Origin: Anthoceros angustus
Lineage: Eukaryota; Plantae; Anthocerotophyta
Direction: 5' to 3'
Assembly: GCA_010909165.1 (NCBI GenBank)
Contig: MU008158.1
Location: 3,435,478-3,499,477 of the forward strand
Length of the DNA: 64,000 nt
In this document: positions 1 to 14,200 of the stretch, in pieces
Position numbering within the stretch: the first letter of the stretch is position 1
How the letters are laid out: the number at the start of each line of letters is the position of its first letter
Notes under the pieces: generated by a model
Database searches by the model: none
The model's input: the letters and a program-made list of their open reading frames with translations, nothing else
Told to the model about the DNA's origin: nothing
Position numbers and translations under genes: made by a program

Positions 1-1084
1 GTTCTGCTTGTTTACAGTGATCTCGATGGGCCTGTCACCGAGCACAATCTGAGCGCCAATGTCCTCTGCTGCCTTGCGAGCTGCACGAAACTGAACAAAA
101 CGGGAAGTAGTAGTTAGGATATTACTTGGATCAGAGTCTTACCAACAAGGGGCTTCTCTCCTTCCGTTCCCTCCTCCTACCCTCTCCAACAAGGAGCTGA
201 CAGCAGGCAATCCGTGAGGTGGGATCCACGTTACCTCTGCCCCAGTAGCTACACCAGCAGAATCCGATATTTTCTTAGAAGCGGCTCCCAACAGCAACCT
301 GAGAGCCATAGCCGACCTACCTCCTGCAGTGTGAGATAGAATTTAAGGTTAGACCTCAAAATTGAAGAGCCCTGCCTCCGGAAGAGTCGGACATTGCAGC
401 AATGTGCTCAATCTTCCATAAGAGGTGACATGAGGTTTGCACCCAGTTGCAGACTCCTTGCCATCGCTGAGCCAAAGCTTTCTCCACCCAGTCCCAAAAG
501 ATTAGAAGGTTTGTGCGTGAATGCACCCTGCACGGTGCTTGCCACCTCGTCCTCGTACATGATACCTGCCCTGCAGATGGGCATGGACTAGTGAACCTGA
601 ATCCAGCTCTGAAGCATCACCCACGAACTTGAGCACTTGCTTGCCTGCTTCTGCATAGCTCAACAACAACATTATCGGGGCGTACGGCTTGCAGAACTCG
701 AGAGACGTCCTGGGCGGAGAGGTAGGACATGTGGGCGGTGCCAACCACAAATACCACCTCCGGCTCTCTGTACCCATCCTGTCTACGCTCCACATAGTCT
801 GGCGACCTCTTCACGGCAATCAGCGTGCCCTCCTCCACCAGGTCCATGAGCTGCGGGTAGCATTCCTGCACCAGGACCCGGGTTTCCATCTCCACCTCCT
901 CCCGGAACCTGAAGTCCGCGGGCGGAGGCTCCACCTGCACCACCACTTTCTCAGAATTGCAGCGTGCAGAGAAGCTGAAGGCCGCCCTGCCGGGCAGTGG
1001 CGTGGGACACCAGACTCCCCCTATCCCAAATCCACCACCCCGCCGTAAGGCAGTCGATGAAGGAAGAAGTGCCATTCCTGCCAT
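1..1084 (-). CDS. TraB (pheromone shutdown)-family protein, probably plastid-targeted; multi-exon, 3' end beyond the window edge
   Basis: Exon 1 (1084-645) encodes VFVVGTAHMSYLSAQDVSRVLQAVRPDNVVVELCRS. Splicing to exon 2 (from 570) restores ELCRSRAGIMY. GTAH...VVVELC is the TraB signature. Further exons near 325-235 and 91-1. Confidence 0.85.
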
Positions 1085-1863
1085 CTTCACCTGGGTCGGA
1101 GACTTGTGCTAGAGCAGACAGCAGCCTCCAAATCTCGACTGCCTGTGCCGCACCATCTTCCCTGCTGTTGGAAAGGCTTGGCTACTTGGCCAAGCACACG
1201 CCATTCATTAAGGCCCGCTCTTGATGAACAACAAGTAGAGTTTATAGCATGCAGGTGCACAGGAGATACGTATTGTATGTCATGCAATTGAGACTTGCAA
1301 GCGTGTGTCCTGAACTGGTAGGGCCATGAGATAGCTGCTTCCCCATTTTGATTCCACAATCACTTCAACAGCAACAAGAGAAATTTTATGGACTAAAACA
1401 TGGATGTGAAGCGCTTGCAGACACTGCCTCCAAAGTCATGCACAAGCTACATAAAAAGCTGCCCTTTCAGAGGCTCAGAAGCTGCCCTTACCTCAAGGTA
1501 AACACGCGAAGGGTGCCGTCGTTACCTCTAACCTCGAGCTTAACTTAACTGCAGGTCCTAACTGTTCTGGAGTCTTTTTTCGAGACCTAATAGGTACACC
1601 TACCAGATGAGGCCGAAAACCTTCCACATGTATAATAGAAACCGGCAACAAATACATGTGTAGGTCCATGAATACGATGAATTCGATTCAAGGAATTAGC
1701 CTTGGATCAAAGCGGCCGGTTGCAAAGCTGCTCATCGCTCTGGTGCCGGCCGGTGGTGAAGGGGCGCGGTGCGTGAAGGATTAATAGCATCGTTCCCCTA
1801 CAGATGTCGATTTCAGTGAGTAAGGAGCACTCAAATGCTTTGGCCGGAGGGTTTTAAGGCCTT

Positions 1864-1871
1864 AAACCCTA
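1864..1871 (+). promoter_or_regulatory. telo-box (AAACCCTA) upstream of BOP1
   Basis: Exact AAACCCTA ~30 nt before the BOP1 ATG, with an inverted partial AGGGTTT at ~1848. Telo-boxes are typical of plant ribosome-biogenesis genes. Lies in the divergent TraB/BOP1 intergenic region. Confidence 0.55.
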
Positions 1872-1898
1872 CCTGAGGTTTGGCGAGGACCAGGAGAG

Positions 1899-4800
1899 AT
1901 GGCAAAGCATAGGCGAAGTGAGGATGCCTCGCCTGCCAACCAACTCAACGACGAGTCCCCGGAGGATTCCGATTACGATCCCAGCAGCGACGTCTCGAGG
2001 GATGACGACGAGAACGGCCTCGTTAGTTCGGACGAGGATGGAAGGGAGTCGGACAATGACGAGGGTGCAAGCTATTCAGACGATGATGAGGGTGCAATCG
2101 AGTCAGACGATGATGAGGGTGCAATCGAGTCAGACGCTAGTGAGGAAGAAGAGGAACAAGGAGACATTCAGGAAATTGCGGAGGCTATTTCGGACTACAT
2201 GAATGGAGATACTCATGCTGAGGATGATGCCGACGGCCGAGCTCATGATGGAGAAAGGTCGCTGGCAGCAGTACCGGAAAGTGACTCGTCGGAGGATGAG
2301 GTAGGAACGTGTCCATGTACGTTTATCTGCTGGAAGACACCAATTGGGAGATTGATGTTTTCTGGTTGTAGAACAGATGCCCTCTCGAAATACTATTGGC
2401 GATGTGCCGCTGGAGTGGTACAAGGATGAGCCCCACATTGGTTACGATCTCAGTGGGAAAAAGATAACTAAAAAGGAGAGAAGGGATCAGTTGGACTCCT
2501 TCCTCGCGCAAGCTGACAACGCCAAAGACTGGTGGGTTGAGGCAATCTGAGAGCCTGTGTGAGTGTTTGTGGTGCCGATTTTTTATGGCTAGTAATTTGC
2601 GTGACACTGGCTCTCTAGTTGTGTGTTTCAAATGCACAAGTACGTTGTTTTCCTTCAAGGTGGGGCACTTATAACGAATGGTGGATGCATTGTCCAGGCG
2701 GACTGTCTATGATGAATACAACGATGAACAAGTTGTCTTGACGAAAGAAGAAATCGATATGATAAGAAGACTCCGCACAGGCAAAATACCACATGCTCAT
2801 GTTGATCCATATGAGGTGATTGCTTATTTCCTCGAAGTACAGTTCTGCTTGTTGAGATGAAGTTTAGCAGACCTTTGCAACAGAGGTGGGTGCTACTGGT
2901 CAGCTGGTGCATAATTGTACTGATGCTGGAATTTGGCCCTGCATACAGCCCTACGTGGATTGGTTTGACTGGGCAGACAAAGGACATCCATTATCAAGTG
3001 CACCAGAACCAAAGCGGCGGTTCATTCCATCCAAGTGGGAAGCTAAGAAGGTACGGCCGGACACTGTCTAAAATCTCTGCCTGTGGAAGGCCTGGTTCAT
3101 CAAACATTGTAGACTTCGGAGAGGATTTGTTCCATTCTCAGATGCAAATGTCTTGCAGGTAGTCAAATTGGTCAGAGCTTTGCGGAAAGGGTGGCTCAAG
3201 CTTGACAAGCCGAAAGAGAAACCCAAGTACTATTTAATGTGGGGTGATGATCTAAAAACCACGGGTAAAATGGCAAATGGTCTTGCCTACATTCCAGCTC
3301 CAAAGCCCAAACTTCCTGGTGAGCATGGCACAGTCCTGTTGATGCTTCGCTGACTGGCTAGCCATATCCTGTCAACCTGCCGGCGAGCAGCTTCTAGTCA
3401 TACTGAACAAGCATCTTTTACCTTATGTTATTCACAGGACATGAAGAGTCTTTTCGTCCGCCAGTGGAATACATACCAACTCAAGAGGAGATCAATTCCT
3501 ATGCGCTTATGTATGAAGAAGATCGGCCAAAATTTATTCCCAAGAAGTGAGTGCTCCATTCTCACCTACCGAACTCCAGTGCTAGACTCGCCAGTTCCGT
3601 GGGCTAACTGGCATTGTGAACTCTGCAGGTATGACTCCCTGAGGCAAGTGCCTGCCTACTCAGAATTTATCAAGGAAAGATTTGAGCGATGTCTAGATCT
3701 TTATCTTTGCCCCAGATCTAGGAAGAACCGGGTTAGTTGTGAGACCAACTCGCATTTCTTGCAGCTCATTTCTAATTTCTCCTCTTTCAAGCTTCAACAT
3801 TGCCAGCTAGCTTATGTGTTACTGTTGGCAGATCAATATTGACCCTGAGTCGCTCATTCCAAAGCTGCCAAAACCTAAAGACCTGCAGCCTTTTCCAACA
3901 ACCTGCTATCTTGAATATCGTGGTCATAGTGGTGCTGTTGTTTCCATCACCACTGATCCTTCAGGGGAATGGCTAGCATCAGGTATGGTTAGTGTCTTGT
4001 TTTCTGGAAGGCGCTCATGTTCTGGATTTGTGAGCCCTTTTGTAAGAGCTCAACCTGAGTTTGATGTATTCCTTTGTTCTGTTCTTTCTTAGCTGGCTGG
4101 TGTGAATTGGCAAATGATGACACAATGGCATGATGGGATTTTTGGTGCTAAACCAGCAAGCTCCCTGTGAATGTTTAAAAGTAGTCTGATGCTTCTTCCA
4201 CTTGAATTTTCACGTTTGTTCCTCTGCTGCTTTTACTCTACTGCGCTGTATCTCTTCACAAGGCACCTATACTTTCCAGGCTCGAAGGATGGAACTGTTC
4301 GAATATGGGAAGTACAGAGCGGCCGTTGTCAGAGAACATGGACAATGGGTGGTCATGTTCGACGTGTTGCGTGGAATCCCAACCCTCAGCTGTCCATTCT
4401 TGCCATTGTGGTGTAAGTTCAGGCATTTCTATTGAGGGTATAAAGGAAGTGGAAGACTGTAAATTTCCTATGACAATCAGCTATCTATTTGTTCAGGGAT
4501 ATGGAGGTTCATTTGATAGACACAGGAGTGGGTGATGAGGAGGCACAATCTGCAGTTGATGCCCATCTTAAATTGAAGCCACAAACTTCTGCGCCAGGTT
4601 TTGATATCTGTCTTACAATTTTCACAGTATTCATGTTTCTTCGGTCTGCTGTGATCCTAAAGTATAGTTGTGGTGGCGCTTTGCAGATGATGCCGTTCTA
4701 GCAGCTTGGTCACAGGATGAGAAGCATCAAGGTTTGGTTTTGACCCATCAAAAGGTAATAAACCCTGTAACCGTGATTGGGCGCTGGTAAGGGTGTACTG

Positions 4801-5862
4801 GTCCTCAGGTAGGCACTAACATGAGTCCGTTGGATGTTGCAGATAGTGTCCTTCGTTTCTTGGCATCGCAATGGCGATTATTTTTCAACAGTTGCCCCAG
4901 ATGATATCCTTAAGCTGTTGAATTTAGCTGCGGTGTTGATAAATGTCTCGTGTTTCTGTGAATACCTGGACTGTTGGATGCAACCCCTTAACTTGAACCA
5001 GCACGTAACACCCGGGCTGTGCTTATACATCAGCTATCCAAACAGAGCACTCACAGTCCAATCAGGAAGCATAAAGGACAAGTTGTCCGGGTTCTTTTCC
5101 ATCCCTCTCGACCCTTACTATTTATAGCAACCAAAATGCGGGTATCCGCCTATAATCTTAAGACGCTCCAGCTTACGAAGAAGCTTATTACTGGAGTTCA
5201 AGAGATATCTTCAATGGCTGTCCACCCGGGTGGTAAGAGATGACTATGTGTTCAAGATTTGTGTGGATGCCGATTCTTGTGATATCTAGGAGAATATTTT
5301 TGACACCATCTTTGCAGGCGACAATCTGCTGCTGGGGAGCAAGGAGGCCAGGTTGCTCTGGTTTGATATGGATCTGTCAACTAAGCCCTACAAGATGCTC
5401 AAGTATGCCCCTGTTGTGCTGCTGTTGGACTGTTATGAAGCTAGCTTGCGTGTCAATGATGGTGATCAAGGTGAACTATCTCTTGGCAGGAATCATGAGG
5501 AAGATATCAGAGAAGTGGCCTACCATAAGGTCTATCCGCTATTTGCTTCCTGCTCAGACGATGGAACAGCTCATGTCTTCCATGGAATGGTTTACTCTGA
5601 TCTGCTGCAGAACCCCTTGATAGTGCCACTGAAGATCTTGCACAGTCATGAAACTGGGAGCGCGAAAGGTGAGTTCTGCTTCTGTTCAGCCTAGGGATCA
5701 CTTGCCGTCCTCTGTTAAATGCCCCTGGGATTGCTGCCTCGTTCTTGAAACTGAGGCAGGTTGCTCCCGTTTACAGGTGTCATGGACTGCCATTTCCACC
5801 CAAAGCAACCGTGGTTGTTCACGGCTGGGGCCGACTCCACGGTTAAACTCTTTTGTAACTGA
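1899..5862 (+). CDS. BOP1: Ribosome biogenesis protein BOP1/ERB1 (BOP1NT + WD40), multi-exon
   Basis: Acidic N-terminus, then spliced motifs [138 protein letters not shown]. Confidence 0.96.
4904..5004 (+). other. U12-type (minor spliceosome) AT-AC intron in BOP1
   Basis: 5' site ATATCCTT at 4904, branch point CCCTTAAC at 4985-4992, 3' end CAC at 5002-5004. Removal gives in-frame [17 protein letters not shown]. Confidence 0.92.
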
Positions 5863-6995
5863 TGTTTCGAATTCTTGAAAATGCAACGCAGCGTACGTGT
5901 TGCCGGCATTAGTTTGCTTTCTTAGGTTGAGAGCTGTAATTTATCTCTGAAATTTTTATTTAAATGGAGAACTTGCGAGAGTTTGTTTTCACTTTAACAT
6001 GATACATAGTACATATATATGTACATATGTAGGTAGTAGTGACATACTTACTACCGGTGCCTGGCGACTGGCATGATGGTACATAGCTGTCACACTGTAT
6101 CTGTGACAGGCGACCAAGGAATGCGCATGTCCTCTGGAAGCATGTGGTGCTTCGAGGTCCCAAATCACAACTGTCAGACGGGAAAACGAGAGTACCTATG
6201 TGAGCGGCACATGACCTATGTGCGCAGCATATGTATGCATGTATGTATGTATGTACATATGACCATATGTATGCATGTATGTATGTACATACATATGTAC
6301 AAACGATATGGCAGAAGTAGTCACAGCAATACTACAGAAATAACCACCAGTCAGAGTACAAAAATCAAAAACCATCAAACTATCAGTTTCGATCTATGGA
6401 GAAAAGGCGCAGAGTTCGGAACTAAACCCGATCCCTCGGGCTGGTGCCCACGGTCTGAAGGCTCATGTGACGAGTTCAATCAACAGTTTACGACTAGAGA
6501 CCGATAGCAATCCTGGACACAAGTTTCCCTCCCTGGACCATTTCTGTAAGACTAGAGGGATGCATTGGTCCTGGACACTCGAGACAGTAGAATCAAGGTG
6601 ACTGAAAAGTGTTGCTGGTCGAGCCAACACAGTTGATGCTTAAGCAGGCCGAAGACTGGCGGCGGGCGGGAATTCCAGATAAAGTTGGCACCTAATGCTA
6701 AAAACAAACAGACAAAACTCTAATACCTCCTCCTCTAAGAACTGTTACAGATTGACAACACCCAAACGTGACTCGAGCTTGCTGCATCAACAAATAGAAG
6801 GTACTATACAGTAGCCATAGGTGCCGTCCGAACAGGCCTGTGGGTCTGTACTTGCCAGATCAGAAGCACAAATAACCTGAACCCTGGAGTTAGAAATGAT
6901 ACCTAGTTGTAATGAAACTCTAGTCCCGGACGGAGCTCCACTGCCTAACAACTACTACAAAGAGGTCAATGTTGGGCTCTCCCAGCACCAAGCGA

Positions 6996-8034
6996 CTAGC
7001 GACCATTGTCTGGGAGGTCACAAAGTACAATAGACGCAAGGGATGCCCGCTCAAGCCCCATTGGCTGGGCGGCTAGGACAGCTGCAAGACGCTTCTTCTG
7101 TGCAGCCGCAGCATCCGGGCTGCTCGACCTCGATCTGCCTACAGGCATACCAAAAGTTGGCAGCGTTCTGTCCACCCGACTACCAGTGCTCATAACTTCC
7201 TTCTCCAGGTGAGTGCAGTAACCCTCAAAAATGTTCATGGTCACTTGCAGTCGGAAATCTAGGCGGAACAGAAACTCCAGCTCCAGTCGGTTCAACTCTG
7301 TCGTGCTTACTCCGCCAACCCTTGCAAAAAAGGCGTTATTGAAGTGCCTGCAGCCAGGGCCGCGGTCTGAAGAATGAGCAGACTTGAATGCGAGTATTCC
7401 GAAAAATGGTCAACAAAAAGAACAGACACCAGGATGATCATTGACGATAAACCCACAGCGTGCAACAGTCAGTGGGGTGGCAGGGCAGGGGCGAGCCTAC
7501 GCAGGGCACAGAACCAGAGGAAAGCATGGATGAGAGGCGAGAAAATACAAGGCAGCGAGAAGAAACTTACACGTCATCAAGGATTTTAGTAGCAACCATA
7601 ACGCTGGTGACGAGGAGACGATGCACGTTGAGGGATGTGATAGGCAATTCCGGCTGCCTATGGATGAGGCGGTCGATATAAACATAGCCCACGACAAAGC
7701 AGGAGGGGCTACAGTTGGTGTACTTGAAGATGCGCTCCAAATACTTGGCGATGCTGATGCTCGGAGCTCGCAGGCCGTGAAAGATGGTTAGCTTCCGTGA
7801 CACGTAGGGGCCCGGGCTCCCGCTTGCAGAGTACTTCTCATTCCTGGCCACCAGTCTCTCCAAGACAGAGGACAAAACCGACAAAACCTTGGGGATCTCT
7901 CGATCATTAGCTTCCGACGGGCCATCGTTGCCCTCGGAATGAACATCGTCGTCCACATCGTGATCCGAAGAGCTCAATCCGTTGGGGGCTTGCACCTTCC
8001 CCATACCCTTTGCATCACTGTAGCTGGATTGCAT
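6996..8034 (-). CDS. CYCU: Cyclin-U / P-type (PHO80-like) cyclin, 2 exons (8034-7571, 7347-6996)
   Basis: IFHGLRAPSISIAKYLERIFKYTNCSPSCFVVGYVYIDRL...ITSLNVHRLLVTSVMVATKILDD/VHFNNAFFARVGGVSTTELNRLELEFLFRLDFRL. GT-AG intron 7570-7348. Confidence 0.95.
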
Positions 8035-8832
8035 GAATGAGGCCCGTTAAAACCAGGCATACAGCTTCGGGGCCGAGGCCTGCTCACTGGCGGCCCATAT
8101 GCAGCCTACCAAACACAGTCTCCCTCCCTCTTCCCTCCACTTTCCTTCTTGGTCGAACGGCAGCCCTAAGCCGAAGGAGCAGGCTCAGAGCCGAGCTCCC
8201 ACTCCTTTCCCCGCCCTAGCACGCAGATCAGGCCAGGAGGCAAGCAAGCCCCAGCACTGGAAGCAGATAGCGCGATGCCGCAGCGCCGCTACGCATGCCT
8301 GGAATTACCCGTCATTCCCGAGGCGCGGCGGAATCCCAACACTCCCGCTGGCCACGCTCCTGCGACAAGTGCGACGACGCCCTGGAGGTCAGCAGGTGTC
8401 GTGACGCATTCCCCCTGCCCCGTGAGGCGGGCGGGCAGAAGGTGGCGCTGCTTCCGGTTGCCACCGATCACGATTCATTCCTGCGCTGCCCTGCCGGTGT
8501 CGGGGAGTGCGAGAGGCTGGAAGACGTTGGCGCTGCGCCGCGCGGGGGGGGGAACAGGGGCAAGCATTCGCGGTAGAACCGAGGGCAGCGCGCACCGCAT
8601 CATGCGCGGGCGGGGCAGCAGGGGCAAGGAGACGCAAGTGCCACAGCTGCACAGCTGCTCCAGCTACTGGCCAGAAGACTGTGCGCTGGGGAGCAGAGAG
8701 ACTGGGGACGGAGAGAGAAGACGGAGAGGTAGAGAGAGAATGGAACAGGACGCTGGGACCTTCTGCCTGCTGCCTGCTGCTGCCTGGAGGGATAATGGAT
8801 TTCGTGCTTTGCTTTGCAAGACTCGCACAAAA

Positions 8833-8910
8833 GGCAGGAACGCAAAGCCAAATCAAAAGCAACGGACAGGAGGCAGGAACGCAGAGCCAAATCAAAAGCA
8901 ACGGACAGGA
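8833..8910. repeat. 39-bp direct repeat x2
   Basis: GGCAGGAACGCA(A/G)AGCCAAATCAAAAGCAACGGACAGGA twice with 1 mismatch, upstream of the cyclin. Confidence 0.85.
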
Positions 8911-9036
8911 CATCAGCTAAGCTACCTAGGTAATCTGGTGGAGGGGAAAGCAAAGCTTCCCAGGGGCGCACAAAACAACATACCTACCTAGGCTAAACCT
9001 AGATCACTCGCACTCATACTTCCATCCGGCACACGC

Positions 9037-9090
9037 CTCGTCTCCGTCTCCGTCTCGTCTCTCGTCTCGTCTCTCGTCTCGTCTGGTCTC
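9037..9090. repeat. (GTCTC)-type microsatellite
   Basis: Imperfect run of CTCGT/CTCCGT units. Confidence 0.7.
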
Positions 9091-11223
9091 CGCACTACAG
9101 ACCTACATAATTCGCGCTCCATGAGGCCCGGCCCGGACCGGCCCGGCCCAATCATGCGTGCACATTGTCCCGGCCCGGCCAGTAAAAATCGTTTCGCTCT
9201 TGAATTGAATTCATGGAGAGTAGGCACATGCTGGCACATGTGACATATGAAGGCGTGAGGCGTATGAGATAATCCGGTGGCGTATGCATGGCATGGCATG
9301 GCATGGGCCGAAATGCCACGTCGATGGCGTCAGTGTGAAATGCTCCACAATTTCCGCCTTTTCTAGCTCGAGTCACGCTTCCGACGCGACTCTCATTCTT
9401 TTCCATAACAATATGCACTTTCCAGTTGAGAGCAGAACAAGAGAGAATATGGTACACAGGGTGGGACATGATGTGTGTACCTTCCGCGTAGTGCCTAGTG
9501 CGTACCGCGTACTGCGTCTGCGTACTGCGCACAGGAGGTACCCTAACCACAATGGTCACATCCGGCTGTGGATCTCTCGCTCTCCTATTAATATTATTAT
9601 TATTATGTACAGGTACTGTGTATCCATACACCATGGGGGACATGGTCAGGGCCGCGGGTAGCCAGCCTCCTAGGACCTCCGGGCGGCGTCCGCCTTCCTA
9701 ACTTCCTGGCCGCCTCCTGACCCTAGTCGGAGCCCCGGAGCCGGAGAGCGAGCACGCATGACAGCCACAGGACCTCGCCAACTCTGTGTCAGCCGGCATT
9801 CATGAGACTTGCCCTACTCACTCGCGCCACCACGCCTTTCCCGCTAATAATCCGTCTTGTCAGGCCTTCACCTTGCTGTCCTGTGGGCCTCCACTCGCCG
9901 ACCGCACCATTCGGATTCCACGATTCGGCAGCCCTCACCTTCACATTATGATGCACATATGTAGCCACAGCATGTACGCGGGAAGCACAGCCTCTCATAC
10001 TCCACACCTGGACTACCTGCATATATGTAAGGCAGTGCTATTCTGTTAAAACCCATCATGCGTTTAAAAGCATATCCGCATGCCTGTCTGTCTCACCCCT
10101 GACCCAGCCTGTGGAACTCCTTGCACAATGCGGATTCCGGTCCCAAAAGACTGCATACAGCCGCAGCCAGGCGGCCGGGCCTAGCGCCGGCCGGGGTATC
10201 AACTTTTCTTCCATCCAGTACACACATAGCTATAGCCATGTGCATCCAAGCTTTCCAAAGCCATCAATTGCAATGAGCTCAAAATCCACCACACCTTCTG
10301 TCGGCGGACACAGCAATAATGTTGGATCCTTTAGGCCCTTCATATTTATTCGTCTACGAGCGAGCCACAAGGGCCTTCCCTACAAATGCCTAACTCCTGA
10401 AAGGTCTACCTATACAGATATGTACAGCTATGTCCACTCAAGGAACAATTACTCTCAATCAGTGTGTCATCGTGACAAATTCCTACTGGGCTTCATTATC
10501 ACGTTCCCAGCCCCCCACGTAGCTTGGAAACAATCTGTCCTGTCGACAATCAGCCCTGTCGTCCTCCCTGCTCGCTCTGCCAGCTGCCCATGGCCCTCCA
10601 CTCCAGCTTTTTCTTCTCCATAAGAATCGAGTCTATCTCTACGCCTTCCTATGTCACACCCCCTGTCAACCGGCATGCCATGCACACATTACACAGCCCT
10701 ACCTTCCTTCCCACAAGCAGGCATTCACTCACTCCGCTCCAACTCCAGTTGCCGCCAAATTATCAACCTCAACCACCTCCAGCAGGAACTAAGGCAACCC
10801 TGAAATAGAGGCGCCTTTATTACAAAATATGCTTTCATACATCACCCGTATCCCACTCCCACAATCACCCAGCCACATATGCAACTGCGTCTGATAACAC
10901 AGACACCACACCATGCAACAACTTTACACTGGATAACCTACAACATTTACATCACACCACGCACATCGCAATAGCTCAACGCAATGTGAACAAAGCAGCC
11001 TCATGTTGCAAGGGTGGGGAAAGAAATTATTTTCCACCTTCAACAGACACTCGTCACCCGACAAAATAATAGCTTTTTTCAATCACATGTAGTATCACAT
11101 TTTTTTGCAGAGGAGCTCCACATGACTGACCACCAAACTGGGGACGTTCCGACCATCAGTCTGGCCAAACCAAGTCACATGTTAGCCACTCTTGCATTAC
11201 AGCATAACACAACACAAAACAAG

Positions 11224-14200
11224 TTAGCGCAGTACACCTACTATGGCCATGGGCATACCTTCCTCACAGAAAGGAAACATGGTCCCTTCCCAGACATCGT
11301 CGCCTGCCTCACCTTCATTCTCCTCACTTTTACTCTGTGCATCCGTGCTTTCACCATCATCTACAGTCACACTATTTTCTGCACATCCGCTGCTTGCTAG
11401 AGCTTCCCCCTCAACACCATTCACATCATGTCTGGAGTTGTTCAAACAAAAGCTGTTGCCCACCTCCTGACTCAGATCGCCTAAGGACTGCATCTGCACC
11501 ACTGGCGGTACAATCCCTTCCATATCCTTCCAACAGTCTGGACCCTTTTCACCTGGCAGCGTATCTAATCCTTCACTACGGCCATACGTACCATCAAATA
11601 CTTGGCTGACGACTCCTTTCTGCTCCTTAGATCCTTCATCTCCCTCTACATGAGCTACACAGTGTATACTTTTATTATCAGCAGCCTCAATCGCTTCCAA
11701 CACAACATCCCTATGGAGATCTCCTAAGAGCAGCTTGTTGGTATAATCCCCCTCCATGGAGACCCTCAAACTTGACAGGTTGTAAACACCAGATACACCC
11801 ACCTCCTGTCGCCCGAACCTTGGAATATCCATAGGTGGAGAACCACTAGCTGCTGCTGCATCCTCACGGGTATGAACTGGTAATGAGAAGGTCTGCTCAA
11901 AATAGTTTCCATTAGCAGTTGGAATTAACCCTGGCACAAGCAATTCCAAGGTGTCCAGCGAAGCAGGTCGCTCATGCCGGATGTCTTGAAAGTAAGGAGG
12001 AGATGAGTCCCGTGATGATGGAGTCCCTGCCGCTGATGTGTCAGGGGAATCTGCAAGAAAATTGACAAGAGGGTGTTAGACAAGCCTTGCACTACCAGTT
12101 CCAGACTAGCATGTTTTGCAGACACCATCCTGACAGTTCAGAGGACTCCAACAACCCAAGCCTCCAGCGCTAGGAGAGCCAATGGCTGCCATAATTACAG
12201 AATATGGTTTGCACCTCCCACAGAGTTGTCTACAGTCAAGCACCGAGAGACACTCACTCCGGTTCACTTCGAGGACTTGGATAAACAATCTCTAGTTCAA
12301 TGATCAATACCACGAGCATGGGGAATACAGCTTGCTGGGATATGAAGCTCCCTGGGTTGACAAGTTTATCAAGCGGTCTGAAGCAGGTGTTGAAATTGAA
12401 CCTTGATAAGCTTGATGGAATCCATTCAACCCACCATTGGCTCCAAATGGACCTCCTTCAGAGCCAAAACTGCTCCCACTACTTGTCCTCTGTATTTCAG
12501 GGCCACTTGAATGAAATGCAACCCTTCCATCTTGTATACCTCCTTCCTCAAGTAAGTGCATTTGCAAAGCTGAAACTCCAGGCAAGTTGTTGACACTCAT
12601 CTCCCTAGCAGGTGCAATTCAATTGCTTAGATCTTGTTGTGAACACAACTTGAGCAAGCATTTACAGCACTACATCATGCATTTACCTGTGTCCCTGAAT
12701 CTTAGTGAAATTCGACAGTCTTTCCATCACAGGGACCAAGTCCTTCCTTCGAACTTCAATGACCTTCGTAGGGAATGTCTCAATCTCTAGGTCATCGTCA
12801 GCAATCTCAGAAACCTCATCAACGGTCTGTTTCCCAGCTGCCAACATGACATGGAAATGCACCTGCACATGGAGAAGGTATCATGTCTGTGACACTATCA
12901 TACTCAGCTGCAGGGCAATGAGCAATGGAAGGGCAATAGACCTATACCTTCGAGCTTGCCCAGACAGGCAGTGTCCTAGCATGGTGCATTTGTACTTCAG
13001 CATTGGACATGAACCGCCGTTGCATCTCTTCTGTCGTAGCACCTTCCTTCCCAGAAATCTTGGAGAAGACATTTTCATAATCTAGGTCAGGCCCAGCCAA
13101 ACTATCAATATTCTCCTCCCGGTCACCCCAGGTAGGCCTCCGACAAACATCCCATCTTTGTAAAGTATCTACGTTAAGCCTTAATCCCTGTTGTTGACAG
13201 GAACTATTGCTTGCAGCGGTGGCACCAGCCATGCTACCACTGTTATAACCTGCATCCAGAACTGGCAGTGGGTGTAACAGATATCTAAGAAGGTGTCCAG
13301 AAGGTGCAAGAACCCAAAGCTGCTCCTTAAGACTGCCAGCTGATATTTCTGCCTCCTGCATCTGGCTGCCACCATCATGTAAAACAGCTGCCACAGCCCC
13401 TGAAACCACACTGCTTCTACCTGCAGCTACAGCTGCAGCACCGGTAACAGTTCCACGCCAGCCGCCGGGTCCGTTTTTTATCCTGCTAACAACCGAAAGA
13501 GTTACCGGAGGTGGCGGGGGAAGAACAGGCTGTTGTGTTGCCCTTACTGGTCCACTGCTGGACCACCATGGCAACGGTGGTGCAGGTGCAAACGTTGATC
13601 CAGCAGGACCATCTACAGGATACGTGCCATGTGTATGCAAGCCAACCATCCCGCCAAATGGGGAAATTGCAAAGACATGAGTAGTTGCCCGGGATGAGCT
13701 AACAACTACCCAGTGACCATCTCTACTGATACAGATGTCCTGAATAACCTGTAAAAGAGAGAATCAAAATAAGCCATCTCCATATCATGGCTGCCAATTG
13801 TCAATGATAAACAAAGCTCTGACCACTACCAGTAGCACTGGCCCCTCTTAAGATGATCTCGCAACTCTAAAGCAAAAGACACAAGAGGCAGCCAATTACC
13901 GCAGCTGTCATCCCACGGGACAGCTTGTAGAGGTGGACATGGGTTGCGCCAGCATCAAAGCTTCCTGAGTTAGATCCAGTTCCCGGAGAGGAGGGTGTCA
14001 AGCGGAAGACATTTAAATTGTGCCCATGGATAGAGGCAGTCACCAGAAGGGTGCCACTTGGATCAAATGCAAGTGCGGACAAGGGACTCGTATGAGCCCT
14101 GAAGTGAGTCACAAATTTCCTGCTCACAAAATCACGCACAACCACCTGCCACCAAAGATGCCAGACTGAGAACGAGAGGAAAACATGGCTGCCTACATGC

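Noticed and set aside
6215-6300. Quasi-palindromic (TATG/CATA)n stretch as a miRNA hairpin
   Set aside because: The self-complementarity is explained by low-complexity microsatellite sequence.
10070-10077. P1BS motif (GCATATCC) upstream of the PHO80-like cyclin
   Set aside because: A single degenerate 8-mer 2 kb away is expected by chance.
8099-10808. Many 60-240 aa ORFs between the cyclin and ATG18
   Set aside because: No recognisable domains, overlapping on both strands, with microsatellite content. Most likely promoter/UTR sequence.
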